Shown: positions 1 through 10,388, counted from the stretch's first letter. The stretch is 64,000 nt of DNA from an uncultured archaeon (GCA_964534045.1 CAZHNO010000001.1:1786-65785), one strand, 5' to 3'. The notes: generated by a model from the sequence alone, not told the origin. Translations and numbers: made by a program.

Positions 1-345
1 GAAAATATTAATGATGATAATGAAAACACCACTAAATTTATTACTATTTCTTTAGAGCATTCAAATCCATCCAATAAGAAAAAAACAGCCATTGTGTTTG
101 GAGTGAAAGATAAACCAGGGGCATTATTAGAAGTTTTACAATCATTCAAAAAGTTTGATATAAATTTAACAAAAATTATTTCTCGTCCATCTCACATAAA
201 ACAATGGGGTTATTTATTTTTTACAGAAATTGACGGAAACACAGAAGAAAAGAATGTTGCAGAAGCTTTAAGAGAAGTTAAAGAAAAAGCCGCATCATTA
301 AAAGTACTTGGAAGTTATAGTGCACTCGATAAAAATGAAAAGTAA
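1..345 (+). CDS. pheA: Prephenate dehydratase, C-terminal part with ACT domain (5'-truncated by window edge)
   Basis: Frame 1 is open from base 1: ENINDDNENTTKF (cf. N-x-TRF motif), then ACT domain DKPGALLEVL...INLTKIISRP...YLFF and terminal LGSY; adjacent to tyrA. Confidence 0.88.
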   Translation, partial: ENINDDNENTTKFITISLEHSNPSNKKKTAIVFGVKDKPGALLEVLQSFKKFDINLTKIISRPSHIKQWGYLFFTEIDGNTEEKNVAEALREVKEKAASLKVLGSYSALDKNEK

Positions 346-387
346 CCAATTAAATGTTTATTTAAATTGTTTTAACAATTTCTTTTT

Positions 388-1689
388 ATGAATGTTTTAA
401 TTGTTGGGGGTTGTGGAAGTTTAGGTAATTTTTATGCTAAGCTTTTGAAAAAAAATAACTTTGAAATTTATATTACTGATATTTTAGATGAGAGTTTGAT
501 AAGGGAAAAGTGTAAATTAGAAGGGTTTAACTTTTTTGAGGGGAATTATTCTCAAATAAATATAATAATAATTTCAGTACCAAATAACATTGCAATTTCT
601 GTTTTAAAAGAAATTTCAAAAAAAGCAAAAAAAGAAACATTAATTTTTGATTTTTGCTCAGTAAAAAGTTTTATTGTTCCAGAATTAGAAAAATTAAAAG
701 GAAAAGATTTTGAATTAGCATCAATTCACCCAATGCATGGACCAAGAGTTAGTTCAATTGCAGGTTATCCAATAATTATTATTCCAATTGAAACGGGAAA
801 AAAATTTGAAGAAATAATTAATTTTTTTGAAACCGAAAACACAAACATTATCGAAACAAATGCTGAAATACATGACAAAACACTTTCAATTGTTCAAGGA
901 TTAACTCATTTTAGTCAATTTGTTTCAGCAAAAACAATTCATGATTTGAAAATTAATTTAAAAGAATCAAAAGAATTTTCTTCACCAAATTTTGATTTAT
1001 TTATGAGTTTAATGTCAAGAGTAATATTACAAAATCCTGAAATTTACGCGCAAATACAAACAGAAAACCCTTACAATGAAAAAATGCGAAAAGCTTTTTC
1101 TGCAAATTCTGTTGAATTGGAAAAGATTTCCAAAGCAGGCACAAAAGAATTACAAAAAGAAATAATTAGTTCGGCAAGTATCTTCAATTCACTAAATGAT
1201 GTTTTGTTTGAAAGTGATAAAGCAATTTCTGCTTTAAAATTTATTAGCAAAACTCTTGAAGACAATATTGGAAATAAATTTCTAATAGAAAATGTATCAA
1301 ATAATACTTTCCATTATGGAATAATTGAAAAAATTGAAAAAAACAAAGTTTGGTTAAAAGAAGGAAAAAGAGAATTGTGTTTAAATTTGTCAAAAATAAG
1401 ACTTACAACAAAAAAAGAAATGTTTGAATATAGGAGAAATAATATTTTGGAAAAGTATCTTGATTTTAGTTTTCTTGTTGATAACAAGTGTAAAAAAGAA
1501 GCTATTGTAAAAGCTTTTTCAAAAATAAAACACTCTAAAATAGAGATTGTTGATGAATTTAAAAGTAATAAATTTAATGATAAAAAAAGTCTTACACTTA
1601 GAATTCATTTTTTTAGCGATGATGATATTGAAATAATCAAAAAAGAGGTTTTTGAACTAATTAATGGATTGGGTTTTGAAAATAGGTAG
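388..1689 (+). CDS. tyrA: Prephenate dehydrogenase with C-terminal extension
   Basis: Rossmann GGCGSLG, DFCSVK, HPMHGP, HDKTLSIVQGLTHF are typical TyrA motifs. Confidence 0.9.
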   Translation: MNVLIVGGCGSLGNFYAKLLKKNNFEIYITDILDESLIREKCKLEGFNFFEGNYSQINIIIISVPNNIAISVLKEISKKAKKETLIFDFCSVKSFIVPELEKLKGKDFELASIHPMHGPRVSSIAGYPIIIIPIETGKKFEEIINFFETENTNIIETNAEIHDKTLSIVQGLTHFSQFVSAKTIHDLKINLKESKEFSSPNFDLFMSLMSRVILQNPEIYAQIQTENPYNEKMRKAFSANSVELEKISKAGTKELQKEIISSASIFNSLNDVLFESDKAISALKFISKTLEDNIGNKFLIENVSNNTFHYGIIEKIEKNKVWLKEGKRELCLNLSKIRLTTKKEMFEYRRNNILEKYLDFSFLVDNKCKKEAIVKAFSKIKHSKIEIVDEFKSNKFNDKKSLTLRIHFFSDDDIEIIKKEVFELINGLGFENR

Positions 1690-1779
1690 TGTTTTGACTT
1701 ATTTTTTAACCTCATAAAATCCTTTATAAAGCTTTGCCAATCAATATTAATTATTCAAAATCAATTTGGTGAGCATTAA

Positions 1780-2079
1780 ATGGCAAAGTTGAATACAGGT
1801 GTAAGAAAACCAGGGAAAAGGGGAAAAACCCGTTCTAAATTAAAGAAAAAGAATGGTAAGATTACTGTTAATAAAATTATGCAAGAATTTACAGATGGTG
1901 ATAGAGTTCAAGTAGTAATAGAACCAGATTATCATGCTGGATTTCCTGATAAAAGTTTTCACGGTTTAACTGGGAAAATTTGTGGAAGAAAAGGCGAGAG
2001 TTACGAAATAGAATTAAAAAAAGGTAATAAGTTATTCACAGTAGTAACTACTCCAGTACACATAAAGAAATTAAAATAA
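1780..2079 (+). CDS. rpl21e: 50S ribosomal protein L21e
   Basis: KTRSKL, F-x-x-GDRV, FHGLTG, PVHIK; GGTGA RBS upstream; conserved archaeal gene order. Confidence 0.93.
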   Translation: MAKLNTGVRKPGKRGKTRSKLKKKNGKITVNKIMQEFTDGDRVQVVIEPDYHAGFPDKSFHGLTGKICGRKGESYEIELKKGNKLFTVVTTPVHIKKLK

Positions 2080-2087
2080 GCAAAAAT

Positions 2088-2453
2088 ATGGTGAAAGTGA
2101 TTTTTATGGATCAGAAAAAAGTTGTAGAAATGAAACCAGTTTCTCTTTTCGAGGTAAAAGAAATTCTAAAAGCTAGAAAAGCTGAGAAAGAATTGAATTA
2201 TGAACAAGATTTAACAATGAAATATGTTGAAAGATTTTCACAATTAACTGAAAAACAAACTACTGATTTGTTAAAAGCTTTAAAAGAAATTAATTTTTTA
2301 AAAGATAAAGATGAATTAATTTATCAAATAGCAGCTGCTTTACCAACAAAAGAAGAACAAGTAAAACTATTTTTAACAAAAGACATAACTGCTACTGATG
2401 AAGAAATTAAACAAGTCATTGAATTGACGAAGAAATTTGAGGATAAAATATAG
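2088..2453 (+). CDS. rpoF: RNA polymerase subunit F (Rpo4); start may be the ATG at 2106
   Basis: PVSLFEVKEIL...ELNYEQ; lies between rpl21e and DUF655. Confidence 0.85.
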   Translation: MVKVIFMDQKKVVEMKPVSLFEVKEILKARKAEKELNYEQDLTMKYVERFSQLTEKQTTDLLKALKEINFLKDKDELIYQIAAALPTKEEQVKLFLTKDITATDEEIKQVIELTKKFEDKI

Positions 2454-2540
2454 TGTTTTTTAAACACTTTTTATCCAAAAAAACCATTTTTTAAGGAGAG
2501 TGTTTTGTAATATTATTATAATTACACACAACAAAATTAG

Positions 2541-3173
2541 TTGATTATTATGGAAGAAAGAAAAGAAATTGAAAAAAAGGAATTTACTCCAAAAACAGAA
2601 GAAAAGGCAATTGTATTAGACTACATGCCCAGCGGAAAATCTTCTGCTTTAAAGTCAGAGCCAATAGCACAAGTTATTGGCAAGGAATTTTTTACTTTGT
2701 TAGAGGTAACTCCAAAAGTTGGAAAAGGATTTTCTATTGGAGAAGAAATTTATGTTGGAAAAGATGAACGAGAAAAAGTTGAACTAATAAAAGGAAGAAT
2801 TACATACAAAGATTTGACTTCAAATTCAATGGCTGAACTTAATGATACAATTGAAGATATTGTTGAATCAGATAAAGAAAAATTTTTGAAGTTTTTTAAT
2901 ACAGCAAGGCCAATTTCTTTAAAGAGACATCAATTTGAACTATTGCCAGGCATGGGAAAGAAACATGTGCTAGCTGCTCTTGATGAAAGAGAAAAAAAAT
3001 CATTTGAAAGTTTTGAAGATATTGATAAAAGAGTAAAAGGAATGCCTGATCCAAAAAAAGCGATTGTGCGAAGAATTTTGGAAGAATTAGAGGGGCCTGA
3101 GGATAAACATTATTTATTTGTTAGACCACCATCACCTCCAAAAAAATTCTTTCCACCAAGAAGAAGGTATTAG
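2541..3173 (+). CDS. DUF655 family predicted RNA-binding protein
   Basis: VLDY, AQVIG..FFTLLE, RHQFELLPGMGKKH, FESFEDI; conserved position before ksgA. Confidence 0.88.
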   Translation: MIIMEERKEIEKKEFTPKTEEKAIVLDYMPSGKSSALKSEPIAQVIGKEFFTLLEVTPKVGKGFSIGEEIYVGKDEREKVELIKGRITYKDLTSNSMAELNDTIEDIVESDKEKFLKFFNTARPISLKRHQFELLPGMGKKHVLAALDEREKKSFESFEDIDKRVKGMPDPKKAIVRRILEELEGPEDKHYLFVRPPSPPKKFFPPRRRY

Positions 3174-3182
3174 TGGGAAAAA

Positions 3183-4010
3183 ATGGATCTATTTGCTGAG
3201 CTACAAAATTTAATGATAAAATATCATTTTAGACCAGAAAAAAAATTATCACAATTTTATTGTATAAATGAAGCTCTATTAATTTATTTAACAAAAGTTG
3301 CTCAAATAAATGATAGAGATACTGTTTTAGAAATTGGGCCAGGAACTGGTTTTTTAACACGAAGATTACTTGAAAAAGCAAGAAAAGTTTTTGTAATTGA
3401 AAAAGATAACAGCATGGTTGAATTATTAAAACAAGAATTTGAAGATGATGTTAATTCTGGAAGATTAAGAATTATTGAAGATGATGCTTCTCTTGTAGAT
3501 TATAATAATTTAGATATAGACAAAATTGTTTGCCTTCCCCCATATCATATTTCAAGCACACTTGTAACTAAAATAGCTATGTCAAAAATAAAACAAGCTG
3601 TTCTTGTTTTAGATTCTGGTTTTATAGAAAAATTAACTGCTTTTGAAGGCTTTAAAGAATATAATGCATTAACAGCATTGCTTTCTCTAAATGCAAAAAT
3701 AGAAGTTACTCAAGCAGTTGATAAAGATAGTTTTTTCCCAAAACCAAATTGTCAAAGTGCAGTTGTAAATATTGAATTTACTAAAATAGAAAATTCTGAA
3801 AAGTTTTTTACATTTTTAAAAGAGTTATTTAGACACAAAAATAAAGATTTATCTCGTGCAATGAAACAAGCAATGCCTTTTTTAGTTGAAAAATTAGAAT
3901 GGAAAAGCGATTCTAAAAAAATGGAAGCTTTAAAATATTCTGATAAAAAAGTTTATGCAATGAATCCTCAAGAATTACTTGAAACTTATAAATTTTGGAA
4001 AAAACCTTAA
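3183..4010 (+). CDS. ksgA: 16S rRNA adenine dimethyltransferase KsgA/RsmA family (divergent)
   Basis: VLEIGPGTGFLT, IEKD, FFPKP; synteny with rpl21e-rpoF-DUF655. Confidence 0.82.
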   Translation: MDLFAELQNLMIKYHFRPEKKLSQFYCINEALLIYLTKVAQINDRDTVLEIGPGTGFLTRRLLEKARKVFVIEKDNSMVELLKQEFEDDVNSGRLRIIEDDASLVDYNNLDIDKIVCLPPYHISSTLVTKIAMSKIKQAVLVLDSGFIEKLTAFEGFKEYNALTALLSLNAKIEVTQAVDKDSFFPKPNCQSAVVNIEFTKIENSEKFFTFLKELFRHKNKDLSRAMKQAMPFLVEKLEWKSDSKKMEALKYSDKKVYAMNPQELLETYKFWKKP

Positions 4011-4029
4011 AATGAATTTATTATAAGCA

Positions 4030-4629
4030 CTAAGCATAATTTGAATGTAAACTTAGGTGAGCCGGCAAATCAACAACCAATTTGCATAAAATAAAAACTA
4101 TAACTACTCCTAATCCAAAATTTCCAAAAAATGCGCCCAAAAATACTCCAAAAATAATTGCAAAATGAAAGACTAACATTCTACTAACTAAAAAATAGTC
4201 TGCTTGCAACTTAAACTGCTTATTATCTTTTTTAAAGTTAACAATTAATGAAATTAAATGACTTAAAAACAACAAGAAAATAGAAAATATAAACGCAATA
4301 AAAATTTCATTGGAAGGAAATAAATTTAATGAAGTTGGAATATTTAACCCTATTATAAATGGATAATAAAGAATAAACCAAAAAAAGGAAAATATATAAA
4401 GAAAGCTAGATTTTTTTAGAGAAATCTTTTTTTCTTTTAAAAAAAGTTTCGCAATAATTATTTTAGAAAGAGAAATAAATATAACTATAAAAACTTCAAT
4501 TAAATAAATTAAAAGAATATGTACCAATTGTAAACTAGAATTTGTTGCAACAACTAGGACTAGTAGGTTAAAGACAATTAATGAAATTGCAGATGGTGAC
4601 GAACAAACCTTTCCAACAAATTTTTTCAT
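4030..4629 (-). CDS. Multi-pass membrane protein (DUF6498-like)
   Basis: Hydrophobic helices; RMLVFH and KLVVDL..HL motifs. Confidence 0.55.
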   Translation of the reverse strand: MKKFVGKVCSSPSAISLIVFNLLVLVVATNSSLQLVHILLIYLIEVFIVIFISLSKIIIAKLFLKEKKISLKKSSFLYIFSFFWFILYYPFIIGLNIPTSLNLFPSNEIFIAFIFSIFLLFLSHLISLIVNFKKDNKQFKLQADYFLVSRMLVFHFAIIFGVFLGAFFGNFGLGVVIVFILCKLVVDLPAHLSLHSNYA

Positions 4630-4689
4630 AATAACTTAATACTTGTCTTAAATAAAAACTATTCTATCAATTTGTTAAATTAAAATCAA

Positions 4690-6213
4690 TCAACTATTTT
4701 TTCCAACTTTCTTTATTTCAACAAAACTATTTTTGTTTGCTTCTTCAATTGCAGAATCCAGCTTTCTTGCATTCTCAGCATAAATAGTCATTATTTTTTC
4801 CCCAGCATTAATTTTCTCTCCAATAGTTTTAGCAAGCATTATGCCAGCTAGTTTGTTTGCTGGTGCACCGGCATACCTCGCAATCTTTGTTAATTCAGCA
4901 ATATCCATTTCAGTAATAATTCCACTTTCTTTTGCCTTGATTTCTTTATTTAGTGGAGAAAGAATTAGTTTAGTGCTCTTATCAATCTTTCCACCCTGAG
5001 CATAAATAATTTCCTGCATTTTTGCCAGAGCTTTTCCAGATTTTAAAATTTCTTCAGCAAAATGATAACCTTGCCCCTGTCTCCTTAATCCAGCTAACTC
5101 AAAAATACTTCCTGCAAGTTCACAACTTTTTTTTGCTAAATTATCAAATCTTTTTCCTTCTAATATTTCTAAAACATATTTTGATTCCAATGCAGGACCA
5201 AAAGCTAAACCTGATGGTGAAGAACCATCAGTTATAATTGCTTCAACTTCCATCCCAATTTGTTTTCCAACAAAAACAAACTTTTTTGCCATTTCTAAAG
5301 CTTTCTTTTTATTTTTTATTTTTGCATTTGGACCAACTGGCAAATCAATTACCACATATTTGCTTCCAACACTTGCTTTTTTTGAAAGTACTGAAGCAAT
5401 TAACATTCCTTCAGGATCAAGCGAAAGCGGATGTCTTACTTGAATTATTTTATCATCAGCTGGAGCCAAATCAACAGCTCCACCCCAAGCAATCACTCCA
5501 CCAGTTTTTTTTGTTATATCTTTTATTTTATCAAAACTTAAATTAACTGGTGCTAAAACTTCCATTGCATCAGCAGTTCCAGCAACACTTGTAATACTTC
5601 TAGAACTTGTTTTTGGAATATATAATCCTGCAGAAGCAACTATTGGAATAACAAGCATTGTTGCTCTTCCATTAATTCCACCAACACTATGTTTGTCAAC
5701 CACTGGCTCAACATCAAAACTAATTCTTTGTCCATTATTTATTAGTGATTTTGTAAGAAAAGCAGTTTCTTTCATATTTAATTCTTTCATATAAACTGCA
5801 GAAACAAAAGCACTTGCTTCAATATCATTCAATCTACAATCAGTAATATCTTTTACTATTTCATCAAACTCTTTTTGATTTAATCTTTCCCCATTCATTT
5901 TATTTTTGATAAATTCAACACTTTTCAATGGGGGAGTGGCCTTAACTTCAACTAATTCATTACCATTAATCTTCAATAAATTAGCCACTTCTTCAAATAA
6001 ACCAATTCCTTTTTCTTTAACAGACATTGAACTAATATCAACTATTCCAACAGCTCTTCTTCCATTACTTTTATTTTTTATTTCTAATCTATCACCAGCA
6101 ATAACTCCTAATTCTTTTGCATCTCTTTCATTCAAAACGCAAATCATTCTACCGGCAGTAATATGAAATATTTTAGATTTCATCATCTGTGAATAAGTCT
6201 TTTCCTTTTCCAT
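4690..6213 (-). CDS. deoA: AMP phosphorylase (archaeal thymidine phosphorylase family)
   Basis: N-terminal double-psi barrel-like region, DKHSVGG, PKTSSRSITS.AGTAD, LAPADD, SVLSKK. Confidence 0.92.
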   Translation of the reverse strand: MEKEKTYSQMMKSKIFHITAGRMICVLNERDAKELGVIAGDRLEIKNKSNGRRAVGIVDISSMSVKEKGIGLFEEVANLLKINGNELVEVKATPPLKSVEFIKNKMNGERLNQKEFDEIVKDITDCRLNDIEASAFVSAVYMKELNMKETAFLTKSLINNGQRISFDVEPVVDKHSVGGINGRATMLVIPIVASAGLYIPKTSSRSITSVAGTADAMEVLAPVNLSFDKIKDITKKTGGVIAWGGAVDLAPADDKIIQVRHPLSLDPEGMLIASVLSKKASVGSKYVVIDLPVGPNAKIKNKKKALEMAKKFVFVGKQIGMEVEAIITDGSSPSGLAFGPALESKYVLEILEGKRFDNLAKKSCELAGSIFELAGLRRQGQGYHFAEEILKSGKALAKMQEIIYAQGGKIDKSTKLILSPLNKEIKAKESGIITEMDIAELTKIARYAGAPANKLAGIMLAKTIGEKINAGEKIMTIYAENARKLDSAIEEANKNSFVEIKKVGKNS

Positions 6214-6241
6214 TCAAAAATTACGTTTACTTGATTTATAA

Positions 6242-7369
6242 TTGTTTGCAGGTGAAAGAAATAACAATAAAAACCATTGTGAATTTGTATTTACTATGGA
6301 TATTAGTAAAAAAGTAGCTCTTGTAAAGGAAGTGGGTGAGGAGATACTCACCGAAGAAGAATTAAGAACACTTTTGGAAACAAAAAAAAATCCTGTTGCA
6401 TATGATGGTTTTGAACCTAGTGGACAAATGCATATTGCTCAAGGAATTTTAAGATCAGTAAATATTAACAAAATGATTGATGCTGGTTTCACATTTAAGA
6501 TGTGGGTTGCGGATTGGTTTGCATGGGCAAATAATAAATTAGATGGAAATTTAGAAAACATACAAACAGCGGGAAAATATTTAATTGAAGTTTGGAAAAC
6601 TACCGGAATGAATTTAGATAAAGTTGAATTTATTTGGGCTAATGAAGCAATGTCAGATGTTAATTATTGGAAAATAGTAATGAATGTTGCAACAACAAAT
6701 TCTCTAGCAAGAATAACAAGATGTTCACAAATAATGGGGCGAGATCAAAATGCTGCACTAAAAGCTTCACAAATTTTTTATCCATGCATGCAATGTGCAG
6801 ATATATTTTATTTAGGTGCGGATGCAACACAACTTGGAATGGATCAAAGAAAAGTTAATGTTTTAGCAAGAGAAGTTGGAGAAAAGCTTGGTTACTATAA
6901 GCCAATTGTAATTTCACACCACATGCTTGCTGGCTTAAAAGAAATTAATACAGATGCTACAGGAGCAGAGGCTGCAATTGCAAAAAAGATGTCAAAGAGC
7001 AATCCTGATTCAGCTATTTTTATGACTGATTCAACACAAGACATTCAGAGAAAAATATCAAAAGCATTTTGCCCAGAAAAGGTTGTTGAAGGAAACCCAA
7101 TTTTAGAATATAATAAGTTTATTGTTTTTGAAAAATTTGACAAAGTTAAAATTGAAAGGCCAATAAAGTTTGGTGGAGACGTTGAATACAAAACATATAA
7201 TGAAATGGAAAAAGATTTTGTTGAAGGAAAACTACACCCAATGGATTTGAAACAAACAACTGCAAAATGCCTTGATGAATTAGTTGAACCAACCAGAAAA
7301 CACTTTGAAAAAAATTCAAAAGCAAAAGATTTACTAAAACAAGTTCAAAGCTTTAAAATTACTAGATAA
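6242..7369 (+). CDS. tyrS: Tyrosyl-tRNA synthetase; likely start at ATG 6296
   Basis: YDGFEPSG-MHIAQG, YPCMQCADI, QLGMDQRK, KMSKS, LHPMDLK. Confidence 0.95.
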   Translation: MFAGERNNNKNHCEFVFTMDISKKVALVKEVGEEILTEEELRTLLETKKNPVAYDGFEPSGQMHIAQGILRSVNINKMIDAGFTFKMWVADWFAWANNKLDGNLENIQTAGKYLIEVWKTTGMNLDKVEFIWANEAMSDVNYWKIVMNVATTNSLARITRCSQIMGRDQNAALKASQIFYPCMQCADIFYLGADATQLGMDQRKVNVLAREVGEKLGYYKPIVISHHMLAGLKEINTDATGAEAAIAKKMSKSNPDSAIFMTDSTQDIQRKISKAFCPEKVVEGNPILEYNKFIVFEKFDKVKIERPIKFGGDVEYKTYNEMEKDFVEGKLHPMDLKQTTAKCLDELVEPTRKHFEKNSKAKDLLKQVQSFKITR

Positions 7370-7453
7370 ATACTATTATTTAAAATCAAAAAGCAATATT
7401 TCTTGATTTATTGAATTGAAAAAATATAAAAAGCCCTAAATCCTTCTAATTTC

Positions 7454-8404
7454 ATGAAATCCTATATTTACATGGTGTTGGCAGCAATTTGTCTTTCAGC
7501 AATTGGTGTTTTAGTTAAGTTAATTGGTAATGAAGTTCCGACAATGTCTCTTAACTTTTTAAGAATATTTATAGCATTTTTATTTTTACTCATAATAACT
7601 CTTATTCCACAAGTAAACCCAAAATACAAAAGCATTCCAAAAAGAAAAATAAAAAAATATTTTTTAATTGGAGTAGTATATGCAATAGCCCTATCACTAC
7701 ACACTACCTCAAACTTATTCACTACAGTTCAAAATGCTGTTTTGTTGCATTATTTATATCCATTTTTTGTTTTACCCTTTGCTTACCTTTTATTAAAAGA
7801 AAATATTACAAAAACAAAAATTATTACTTTGATAATTGCAATAATTGGTTTGATAATAATTAATCCAATTAGTTTTAACTCCAGCAGGTTTGGTAATTTG
7901 CTCGCTTTATTAAGTGCAATATTTTATGCCATTTTAATAACTGAAATGCGAGCTGAAGATAAAGAGCATCACTCAGCAAGCATTGTTTGGTTTGTTTTCT
8001 TCGCATCAATTGTTCTTTTGCCGTTTGCAATAATTGATGGTTTTGGAAACTGGCTAGTTGTTTGGCCATTGATACTAATTCTTGGAATTTTTTCTACCGG
8101 ATTAGCTTATTTGTTTTACACAATTGCACTTGAAGATATTGAAGCGGAAAGTGCTTCAATAATAACAATGATTATTACTCCACTAATATCAATTATTCTT
8201 GCTGTTTTAATAATCAATGAATTAATTGATTTACAAACAATTATTGGAGGAATTATTTTAATAATTGCTGGAATTTATTTAGAAACTCACTCAAAGAAAA
8301 TTAAAAAAGAAGAAAAATTTAAAGAAAAAGTAGAAGCTGTAACCTATGATGTAAAACACAAAAACAAAGATAAGTTAGGCAATGATAAAGATAAAAAGAA
8401 TTAA
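7454..8404 (+). CDS. DMT/EamA family transporter
   Basis: About 10 TM helices in two EamA repeats; PFF..PFAYLLLKE, STGLAYLFY. Confidence 0.85.
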   Translation: MKSYIYMVLAAICLSAIGVLVKLIGNEVPTMSLNFLRIFIAFLFLLIITLIPQVNPKYKSIPKRKIKKYFLIGVVYAIALSLHTTSNLFTTVQNAVLLHYLYPFFVLPFAYLLLKENITKTKIITLIIAIIGLIIINPISFNSSRFGNLLALLSAIFYAILITEMRAEDKEHHSASIVWFVFFASIVLLPFAIIDGFGNWLVVWPLILILGIFSTGLAYLFYTIALEDIEAESASIITMIITPLISIILAVLIINELIDLQTIIGGIILIIAGIYLETHSKKIKKEEKFKEKVEAVTYDVKHKNKDKLGNDKDKKN

Positions 8405-8418
8405 TTTTCATTATTAAT

Positions 8419-9348
8419 TTATAATTTTAAAAAGTCAATTTCTTTTTTATCGAGTTCTAATTCAGTATATAATTTGCTTGCTAATACTTGTGGAGGAAAA
8501 ACTCCTTTTTCACAAATTATTCCTTCAATTAAAGAAGAATTAGTTCTATCAAAAGCAGGATTTACAACATTAACTTTTGGTATTTTTGATTGCAAAACTT
8601 CACTTTCAGCTCTCTGTTCAATTGGCTCATCTTTTCCAAAGAAACTAGCTGGCTCAAATTTATTAGTTGAAGTAACAACATAGTGTTTAGTTTCATACCT
8701 TCTACAAAGGGTAGAAATTTGATTTGTTCCTATTTTGTTTATAACATCACCATCAGCAAGAAAAGCATCAGCGCCTGTAAAAAAATAATCACATTCTTTT
8801 AAAAATATTGAAGCGGCGTTGTCAACAATTAAAGTAACTTTTATTCCAGCTGAAGCCAACTCTTTAGCAGTAATTCTTCCTTGAAACAAAGGGCGAGTTT
8901 CACAACAATAAACATGTTTTATTTTTCTTTTGGCTTTTATTAATACATCAACCACTGCATGTGAATGGCAAAGAGTCATTATTACTGCATTTTTTTTTAT
9001 TACTTCTGCCCCAAACTTAGTTCTTTTTTCATTATTTCTTTTTCTTTCAATTTCATAATTTTTACTTGTTTCATAAATTGTTTCTTTCATTTCTGCAACG
9101 TTTAAATCTTTTTTTGCAATACTTTTTTTAAAAATTCTTATTGTGTTTCTAAGTGCTGGTTCAGTAGGCCTAGCATTAAATAATTTTTTTGAATTTAGAA
9201 GGAATTCTTTTCTAAAATCCATTACATTATTTGTTTTGCTATGTAGCGAAGCTTCTACAAGTGCAATAATTGCTTTCTCTTTTACTTTTGAAGCGCCCTG
9301 AATCTTTAATGATTTTATATCTTTTATAGTTCTATCTATAATATCCAT
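8419..9348 (-). CDS. Ribose-1,5-bisphosphate isomerase / eIF2B alpha-beta-delta family
   Basis: IQGA, RPTEPALRN, TLCHS, ETRPLFQG, GADA, NKIGT, NPAFD; near AMP phosphorylase. Confidence 0.88.
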   Translation of the reverse strand: MDIIDRTIKDIKSLKIQGASKVKEKAIIALVEASLHSKTNNVMDFRKEFLLNSKKLFNARPTEPALRNTIRIFKKSIAKKDLNVAEMKETIYETSKNYEIERKRNNEKRTKFGAEVIKKNAVIMTLCHSHAVVDVLIKAKRKIKHVYCCETRPLFQGRITAKELASAGIKVTLIVDNAASIFLKECDYFFTGADAFLADGDVINKIGTNQISTLCRRYETKHYVVTSTNKFEPASFFGKDEPIEQRAESEVLQSKIPKVNVVNPAFDRTNSSLIEGIICEKGVFPPQVLASKLYTELELDKKEIDFLKL

Positions 9349-9459
9349 CAGATTGAATTAGTGATTTTTAGTATTTAATTCTTTTGGGCATGTTTAAGCT
9401 GGATTTTGAGCAATTTACAAACAAAAACCTTTTATTAAGTATAATTCTTCTTCTATTAA

Positions 9460-10326
9460 ATGAAAAAATCATTATCCACTGGATTAGTCATTGTAACAAT
9501 GTTCGTGCTAATTTTATTAGCACCTTTTATTCAAAACTTATTCCCAATTTCAATGAATGAACAATTTAGAATAATTTTATCCTTTGTAATTATTGGTGTT
9601 ATTTTTGTAATTGTACTTTTTATTTTAGTTTTTTTGAATAAAAAAGGAATAAATTCTCCAAAAAAAGAAGAAATAAAACCAATTAAAGCTGAAAGAATTG
9701 AAAAAAATGATTTAATTGAAAAAAAGGATGTTAAAGAAAATAAAAAAGTTGAAGAAGAGAAAAAAAAAGAAAAAGATAAATCTTTAAAACAGAAAAGAGA
9801 AGAGCTTGTTCAAAAATTAAATGAAGCTGAAAAAAAGTTTTTAAAAAATCAAATTGATAAGGATACTTTCCATTCAATATCTAAACAAGCAAATGCTGAA
9901 TTAATTAGTGTTGAAGCAGAGTTAGATTCTCAAAAAAAGATTAATCTTGGAAAAGATGAAATTAAACAATTAGATAATGTTTCGAAGGATAAGAAAAAAG
10001 TTTTACAAGATTTATTGGAGCAAAAACAAAAAAAAGTTTATGAAGCAAGAATAGCTGAGAAAAGTTTTTATAAAAGAAAAATAGATGAACCAACTTTTAA
10101 AAAAATAAGTTCTGATGTAAAATCTGAAATTATTTCTATAGATGGAAAAATAAAGGCAATTCAAAAAAGTGAAGAAATTGAAAAAATGAAAAAAGAACTT
10201 CTTGAAGGAACGAGAGAAGTAACAAAACAAAAACAAAAATCTGAAAAAAGAAAAGATGAGACTGAAATCTTTGAAGAAGATTTGTTTGCACAAATAGATG
10301 AAATGAGTGGTGGACTAAAAAGATAA
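9460..10326 (+). CDS. Membrane-anchored coiled-coil protein, unknown function
   Basis: Two N-terminal TM segments followed by K/E-rich helical repeats (AEK.F.K..ID..TF twice). Confidence 0.6.
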   Translation: MKKSLSTGLVIVTMFVLILLAPFIQNLFPISMNEQFRIILSFVIIGVIFVIVLFILVFLNKKGINSPKKEEIKPIKAERIEKNDLIEKKDVKENKKVEEEKKKEKDKSLKQKREELVQKLNEAEKKFLKNQIDKDTFHSISKQANAELISVEAELDSQKKINLGKDEIKQLDNVSKDKKKVLQDLLEQKQKKVYEARIAEKSFYKRKIDEPTFKKISSDVKSEIISIDGKIKAIQKSEEIEKMKKELLEGTREVTKQKQKSEKRKDETEIFEEDLFAQIDEMSGGLKR

Positions 10327-10388
10327 ATTAGTCAAAAAAATATTTGTAAAAAATTAATAATCTTATTTTTGTTCAAAAATTTTGTTTT

